This document shows positions 38,888-43,877 of a stretch of DNA of 43,877 bases, piece after piece (the first letter of the stretch is position 1; the number at the start of each line of letters is the position of its first letter). The translations under genes were made by a program, and so were the position numbers. The notes under the pieces are model-generated. The model saw nothing but the letters and a program-made list of their open reading frames with translations. It was not told where the DNA came from and searched no databases. Source of the stretch: an uncultured Prevotellaceae bacterium (GTDB taxonomy: Bacteria > Bacteroidota > Bacteroidia > Bacteroidales > Bacteroidaceae); NCBI GenBank assembly GCA_905202115.1, contig CAJKQZ010000001.1, forward strand, positions 1 to 43,877, given 5' to 3'.

Positions 38888-38907
38888 CAAAAGTATTGAC
38901 AAAGGTA
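38888..38907 (-). promoter_or_regulatory. candidate -7 boxes for mlaE/mlaF-like operon
   Basis: The minus strand reads 'tacttttg' (38888..38895) and 'tacctttg' (38900..38907), 65-77 nt upstream of the ATG at 38823. Confidence 0.4.
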
Positions 38908-38950
38908 AGAAACTTTTCGTGTTACGGGCTGCAATACTATCATTTCTTTC

Positions 38951-38978
38951 TTTGTTAGGAGTTAAATTAGTAATTTTG
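38951..38978 (+). promoter_or_regulatory. candidate promoter for lptB
   Basis: TTTG (38951..38954), then 16 nt, then 'taattttg' (38971..38978), 19 nt upstream of the ATG. Confidence 0.4.
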
Positions 38979-38996
38979 TCAATAAAATAAATAAGC

Positions 38997-39785
38997 ATGG
39001 ACAGTTCAGACTCTAAGATGGTGTTGCGTACCGAGGGATTGATTAAACGTTATGGCAAGCGCACTGTCGTTAACGATGTTTCCTTCAATGTACATCAAGG
39101 TGAGATTGTTGGTTTGCTCGGCCCGAATGGGGCAGGGAAGACGACGTCGTTCTACATGACGACAGGCCTGATAAAAACAAACGGAGGACATATTTATCTT
39201 AACGACGAGGACATAACGGATTTTCCCGTTTACAAGCGCGCGCAATATGGCATTGGCTATTTGGCGCAGGAGGCGTCTGTTTTCAGAAAGATGTCGGTCG
39301 AGGACAATATTGCTTCTGTTTTAGAGATGACAGGCAAGCCTAAATCATATCAGCGCGAGAAACTCGAGAGTCTTATAGCCGAATTTCATTTACAGAAAGT
39401 GCGCAAAAATCTTGGCGACCGGCTTTCGGGAGGCGAGCGGCGCAGAACCGAGATAGCCCGTTGTCTGGCTATCGACCCTAAGTTCATAATGCTCGACGAA
39501 CCTTTTGCCGGTGTGGACCCTATTGCCGTTGAAGACATACAGTACATAGTATGGAAATTGAAATACCGTAACATAGGTATTCTTATTACTGACCATAACG
39601 TAGAGGAAACTCTTTGTATAACCGACCGCGCATATCTTCTTTTCGAAGGGCGCATTTTATTTCAGGGAACGCCTGATGAACTGGCTACCAACCAGATAGT
39701 CCGTGATAAATACCTTACAAACAGCTTCGAATTGCGCAAGAAAGATTTCCAGCTCATCGATAAGCAAAAAACGGTTGAAGAATAA
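38997..39785 (+). CDS. lptB: LPS export ABC transporter ATP-binding protein
   Basis: 262 aa with '[12 protein letters not shown]', '[12 protein letters not shown]', '[16 protein letters not shown]' and '[12 protein letters not shown]', typical of LptB. Confidence 0.9.
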   Translation: MDSSDSKMVLRTEGLIKRYGKRTVVNDVSFNVHQGEIVGLLGPNGAGKTTSFYMTTGLIKTNGGHIYLNDEDITDFPVYKRAQYGIGYLAQEASVFRKMSVEDNIASVLEMTGKPKSYQREKLESLIAEFHLQKVRKNLGDRLSGGERRRTEIARCLAIDPKFIMLDEPFAGVDPIAVEDIQYIVWKLKYRNIGILITDHNVEETLCITDRAYLLFEGRILFQGTPDELATNQIVRDKYLTNSFELRKKDFQLIDKQKTVEE

Positions 39786-39799
39786 GTGTAATAAAAAAG

Positions 39800-39977
39800 G
39801 TTTTAAAAAAATATTTTTTCTGCGTGGTAAAAAAGTTCCCGCAGCAAATTGAAAATACAAGGGAGATAATTAAAAATATGTCTGAGATAATTTAAAATAT
39901 CTCAGACATATTTTTTGCTACATATACACCTGCTGATTTTCAAGTGCTTGGCGGGTGACCGTTTTTGTCTGCAAAAC
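39800..39977 (+). repeat. dispersed intergenic repeat, copy H (full, closest to consensus)
   Basis: It begins about 15 nt after the lptB stop. The palindrome arms are 39873..39889 and 39898..39914, and the tail ends 'gtctgcaaaac' at 39977. Confidence 0.92.
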
Positions 39978-40105
39978 CCTACGGAAAAGTGTCGTGAATT
40001 TTAGGTGTAGCAATATTTTTATGTGTCTTAATATCTTCTGATAGAAAAAACGGAGGCAGACAAGAACTTATTTCTTTCTGATTTTCAGCTGAACTCTTTT
40101 TCTTG

Positions 40106-40146
40106 AAAAACATCCGAGATATTTCTAAATATCTCGGATGTTTTTT
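40106..40146. terminator. bidirectional Rho-independent terminator (murF-alr side and lptB side)
   Basis: The palindrome 'catccgagatattt-ct-aaatatctcggatg' is flanked by 'aaaaa' on the left and 'tttttt' on the right. Confidence 0.7.
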
Positions 40147-40191
40147 ATCCTTTTCCGAAGAGGGTAGAGGCTACGTAACTGTTGCCGTTGC

Positions 40192-42660
40192 TCAATCCTG
40201 ATAGTACACGCGCCTTACACGTTCGCTTATCGAAGTAAGTATTTCGTAAGGTATGGTTTGTAGTTTGTCGCTCAGAACCGAAACGGGAAGATTGTCGCCG
40301 AAAATCTCTACTTTGTCGCCTTCCTTGCAAGGTATGTCGGTTACATCGATCAAAGCTACATCCATGCAGATGTTTCCAACATATTGTGCTGGTTTTCCGT
40401 TGACAAGGCAATATGCATTGCCGCAGCCTAAGTGACGGTTCAATCCGTCGGCATAACCTATCGGAACGGCTGCAATGCGACTTGGACGTGTAAGGTGGCC
40501 TTTTCTCGAGTATCCCACCGTGTTGTCTGCATTTACGTCGCGTATCTGTAAAATGGTGGTGGAAAGCGTCGCTACATTGTTTACTATACTGTTGTTTACA
40601 GGATTTACTCCGTATAGTCCTATGCCGAGACGCACCATATCGAGATGATACTTCGGAAAACGTTCAATACCTGCCGTATTGCAGATGTGGCGTAGTATTT
40701 TGTGGGGAAAAACTTTTTGCAACAGGCTGCTTGCCTCGTCGAAAACAGCAAACTGCTTTTCAGTGAAGTCATCGAAAGCGGGACTGTCACTTCCCACAAA
40801 ATGAGAAAACACAGAGCGGGGAAGAACGGCGTTCTGCGATTTCAGACGCTCCACAAGTTGTTTTATATCTTTGGGGGCAAACCCCAAGCGGTGCATTCCC
40901 GTATCGATTTTGACGTGGATAGGGAAGAGTGTAACGCCTTCCCGCTCAGCTTCGGCAATGAGAGCTTCCAACAATCTGAAGCTGTACACTTCGGGCTCGA
41001 GACGATAGTGGAACATTGTGCGAAACGTTGTCATTTCGGGATTCATAACCATTATGTTGGCCGTGATTCCCGCTTTTCTCAGAGCCACGCCTTCGTCGGC
41101 CACGGCTACGGCAAGATAATCGACGCCGTGTTCCTGTAGTTTTCTTGACACTTCGAGCGCTCCTGAGCCGTAGGCGGAGGCTTTGACCATGCAAACCATT
41201 TTGGTCTCGGGTTTCATAAACGAGCGGTAGTGCTTTAGATTTTTTACAATGGCGCCGAGATTTATATCGAGCGTCGTTTCGTGCAGTTTGAGCGCAAGCA
41301 AATCGCCTATTTTCTCAAAACCGAACGAACGTGCGCCTTTCAGCAATATGGTTTCAGTATCAAAGCTGTTAAGCAAACCGCTGACAATAAAATCTTCGGT
41401 TGTAGTGAAAAAATGCTTCTCCGTTTTGAAAAAATGTGCAAAACGTGATATTTCCGGACCTACACCAATGAATTTACTGAGCTTATGCGTGTTTACCATA
41501 TCGGCGACATGAGTGTACAGAACTTCGGAATTCATTCCGCTTTGATAAATGTCGCTGAGAATAAGTGTGGTTTTCCGGCTCTGCCCGCCTGTATGCCGGT
41601 TCAGAAAGTCGAGAGCGATGTCGAGAGAATTGACATCGGAATTATAAGAATCGTTTATAATAGTACAATGCCGTATTCCTTGCGTTACTTCAAGGCGCAT
41701 AGCCACCGATTCCAGGCGGGCAAGGCCGTTGTGTATATATTCCGGATCGAGTTTTAGGTAAAGACATGTGGCCAGACAGTGAATGCTGTCGCAAATAGAG
41801 GCGTCGTCTATAAAAGGAAGCGTATAATTTCCTTCTTTGTCTTCGTATCGATAAGAAATCTGAGTGTTGTCACGGCCTTTTACAATGGACGAGACGAATA
41901 GGGGAGCGGTCTCATCTTTTACCGACCAGCGTAACTGCCGGCGTGCCACCTTTCCTATGGAAATAGCGCGGTCTACCGTTTCGTCGTCAGAGGAATATAT
42001 TATGACCTCGCTGTTTTTGAAAAGTTTGAGCTTTTCTCTGCACTTTGATTCCTTGTCGGGAAAATTTTCCTGGTGTGCATGCCCCAAATTCACCATTATA
42101 CCGATTGTCGGCTGGATTATGTTGCGTAAAGCCTCCATTTCTCCGGGCTCGGATATGCCGGCTTCGAAAATCCCGATACGTGATGATTCGTCGAGTAACC
42201 ATACAGAGAGCGGAACACCTATCTGTGAATTGTAGCTTCTTGGCGAACGCGTTACGTTCATAACAGGTTGTAGTAATTGGTTAAGCCATTCTTTAACTAT
42301 GGTCTTGCCGTTGCTGCCGGTTATGCCTATTATAGGAATGTCGTATTGCTCTCTGTGCCGTTCCGACAAGCGTTGAAGCGCTTTCCGTGAATCGATAACC
42401 AACAGGAAGTTAGCGTCGGGATATATTTGTTCTGACTTGCATGGCACTTCGGTAACCACGAAATTTTTAACACCGCGTTTGTAAAGCTCTTGGATGTAAT
42501 TGTGTCCGTTGCCGACGTTGGTTTTTATCGCGAAAAACAATGATGATTCAGGAAAGACCAGAGAACGGCTGTCGGTTAGCAGCCATTCTATTTGCGCCGC
42601 TGCATTACCGTAACGGCGGGCCCCTATAAGTGCAACGATATCTTCTATTTTGTATTTCAT
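40192..42660 (-). CDS. bifunctional UDP-N-acetylmuramoyl-tripeptide--D-alanyl-D-alanine ligase / alanine racemase
   Basis: 822 aa. The N-terminal Mur-ligase part has 'ITGSNGKT'. The C-terminal part is alanine racemase with the PLP-lysine context 'VCMVKASAYGSG' and 'GIGLYG'. As far as I know this fusion is common in Bacteroidota. Confidence 0.9.
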   Translation of the reverse strand: MKYKIEDIVALIGARRYGNAAAQIEWLLTDSRSLVFPESSLFFAIKTNVGNGHNYIQELYKRGVKNFVVTEVPCKSEQIYPDANFLLVIDSRKALQRLSERHREQYDIPIIGITGSNGKTIVKEWLNQLLQPVMNVTRSPRSYNSQIGVPLSVWLLDESSRIGIFEAGISEPGEMEALRNIIQPTIGIMVNLGHAHQENFPDKESKCREKLKLFKNSEVIIYSSDDETVDRAISIGKVARRQLRWSVKDETAPLFVSSIVKGRDNTQISYRYEDKEGNYTLPFIDDASICDSIHCLATCLYLKLDPEYIHNGLARLESVAMRLEVTQGIRHCTIINDSYNSDVNSLDIALDFLNRHTGGQSRKTTLILSDIYQSGMNSEVLYTHVADMVNTHKLSKFIGVGPEISRFAHFFKTEKHFFTTTEDFIVSGLLNSFDTETILLKGARSFGFEKIGDLLALKLHETTLDINLGAIVKNLKHYRSFMKPETKMVCMVKASAYGSGALEVSRKLQEHGVDYLAVAVADEGVALRKAGITANIMVMNPEMTTFRTMFHYRLEPEVYSFRLLEALIAEAEREGVTLFPIHVKIDTGMHRLGFAPKDIKQLVERLKSQNAVLPRSVFSHFVGSDSPAFDDFTEKQFAVFDEASSLLQKVFPHKILRHICNTAGIERFPKYHLDMVRLGIGLYGVNPVNNSIVNNVATLSTTILQIRDVNADNTVGYSRKGHLTRPSRIAAVPIGYADGLNRHLGCGNAYCLVNGKPAQYVGNICMDVALIDVTDIPCKEGDKVEIFGDNLPVSVLSDKLQTIPYEILTSISERVRRVYYQD

Positions 42661-42672
42661 CTTCGGAATGCT

Positions 42673-43683
42673 TTATGCTGTATAAGTTTGTTGCAGACTT
42701 TTATCGAGTATTTCCAATTCGTTTGCGACTGCTAAGTTCGCATATTTTTTGCTTAGATTTACAATGTGCGCCCGTGTTTTTTCCAGAAACCCACGGTATT
42801 CTTTTGTTTCTGGATGAAGCGGACGGTGTTTCATTGCCTTTATAATTTTTTTCCACTCAAGGGCAAATTCTGCAGCTTGTCTGTCGAACGCATATTCTGC
42901 AAAGCGTTCGAAAATATAGTTTACGGCAAGTTCCGAGGGGTGGAGCATATCGTCGGCATAGAAACGGTAATCGCGAAGTTCGTCGTTAACTATTTCATAA
43001 GACGGAAAATAAAAACATTTGTTGGCGAATCGCTTTATTATATTGTCGATAGATAGAAGCAGTACGGCCTTGCTAAGGTTAGAAGCATGAAAACCATACT
43101 TGGAATATCTGTACGGACTCACGGTGAACAGCACTTGCAGTCTTGTGTTAAGATTGAACAGTCGGGTAAGCAAATCCGTAAATCTTTCGGTTATTTCTTC
43201 AATGCTGATATCGTTTACGGTAAATTGCGTTTCGGGAATTTTGTGACAGTTTGCTACAATGATATTTCCGGCATTTGAACTGTAACTATAACAACGGTTC
43301 GTTCCCAATGTGATAATCAATGCGTGAGCGTTTATTATGGAGTTGGCGCAGGCAGTATGGCGTTTAAGTATGTTTTCGATACACTGTTCGCGCGAAGCTG
43401 CAGAAAAAAGGCCGGAATGTAGCCAACTGTTCCAAAGGCCGTTCTTTTCAAACAGATAATTCTCGAATTTGAAATCCGGTCCTTCGAGCAAACATTCAAT
43501 AGCCTGGCAAATACTTATAGGATTATAGAGCACTCCGAACGGGTTTACATCACAATCAAATTTAAGGTCGCACAGCTTGGAACCGATATTTTCGGTAAAA
43601 CAAGACCCCAGCATTACAATGCTGTCACCGACGCTAAGATTGAAATTCTCTTTGGTTATAGAAACGTTAGTTCTGAAATCCAT
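42673..43683 (-). CDS. GSCFA domain-containing protein
   Basis: 336 aa with the eponymous motif in 'VMLGSCFTENIG'. Confidence 0.85.
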   Translation of the reverse strand: MDFRTNVSITKENFNLSVGDSIVMLGSCFTENIGSKLCDLKFDCDVNPFGVLYNPISICQAIECLLEGPDFKFENYLFEKNGLWNSWLHSGLFSAASREQCIENILKRHTACANSIINAHALIITLGTNRCYSYSSNAGNIIVANCHKIPETQFTVNDISIEEITERFTDLLTRLFNLNTRLQVLFTVSPYRYSKYGFHASNLSKAVLLLSIDNIIKRFANKCFYFPSYEIVNDELRDYRFYADDMLHPSELAVNYIFERFAEYAFDRQAAEFALEWKKIIKAMKHRPLHPETKEYRGFLEKTRAHIVNLSKKYANLAVANELEILDKSLQQTYTA

Positions 43684-43720
43684 ACAAATTACTCCCCGGA
43701 CTTTTAATTCATACGTATTA

Positions 43721-43728
43721 CAAAAATA
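43721..43728 (-). promoter_or_regulatory. candidate -7 box for the GSCFA / murF-alr unit
   Basis: The minus strand reads 'tatttttg' about 38 nt upstream of the GSCFA ATG. Confidence 0.35.
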
Positions 43729-43877
43729 CGCAAAATAGTAAATAACATGAATTCAATATAAATTAAAACAAATTTGCTCGCGTGTCTTTGATAAAATCCG
43801 TACTTAAAATAAGCCGCTTCTAAAGAAACAATAAGTAATATATGCAGAAAAGAGCATTTGTTGTGTTTCAATTAAAT

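Noticed and set aside
39905-39925. The repeat's 'catattttttgctacatatac' as a Bacteroidota -7 promoter box driving the downstream genes.
   Set aside because: It reads TAnnnTTTG, one base too long for TAnnTTTG. Copy C lacks the G. Half of the copies face the 3' end of a convergent gene, so a promoter role for a downstream gene is not consistent.
1-39977. Could the repeated sequence be a CRISPR array, or scattered CRISPR repeats?
   Set aside because: The copies are 2.8-9.6 kb apart with housekeeping genes between them. They are about 160-200 bp long, not 24-48 bp. There are no regularly spaced unique spacers and no cas genes in the window.

Overview
This looks like a chromosomal segment from a Bacteroidota (Bacteroidales-like) genome. 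The assignment rests on DUF1573, GSCFA, a Bacteroides-type Spt, a fused MurF-Alr and recurrent TAnnTTTG -7 boxes. I support 33 protein-coding loci, mostly housekeeping and mostly on the + strand. They comprise a lipoate ligase plus a complete glycine-cleavage operon (lplA-gcvT-gcvH-gcvPA-gcvPB-lpdA, with gcvPB frame-disrupted); gmd-fcl and a separate manC; a divergent lipid-kinase/Spt pair; glnS, recG and gyrA; DUF177-rpmF-fabH; era-der; mlaFE-like genes; lptB; murF-alr; and GSCFA. I saw no transposase, integrase, CRISPR array, tRNA or rRNA. The standout feature is an unannotated intergenic repeat of about 160-200 bp. It is present in 8 copies, about one per 5.5 kb, and every copy is on the + strand. 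It is built around a perfect 17-bp A/T-flanked palindrome plus a conserved 3' tail of about 85 nt. One copy is rearranged to the core only, and one has lost a hairpin arm by a 21-nt deletion. Secondary points are a GC-rich acyltransferase-3 gene that looks foreign, a REC-REC-PPDK_N fusion protein, and the Spt/lipid-kinase pairing. All identities, GC values and motif matches were made by eye and by hand counts. Nothing was searched against a database.
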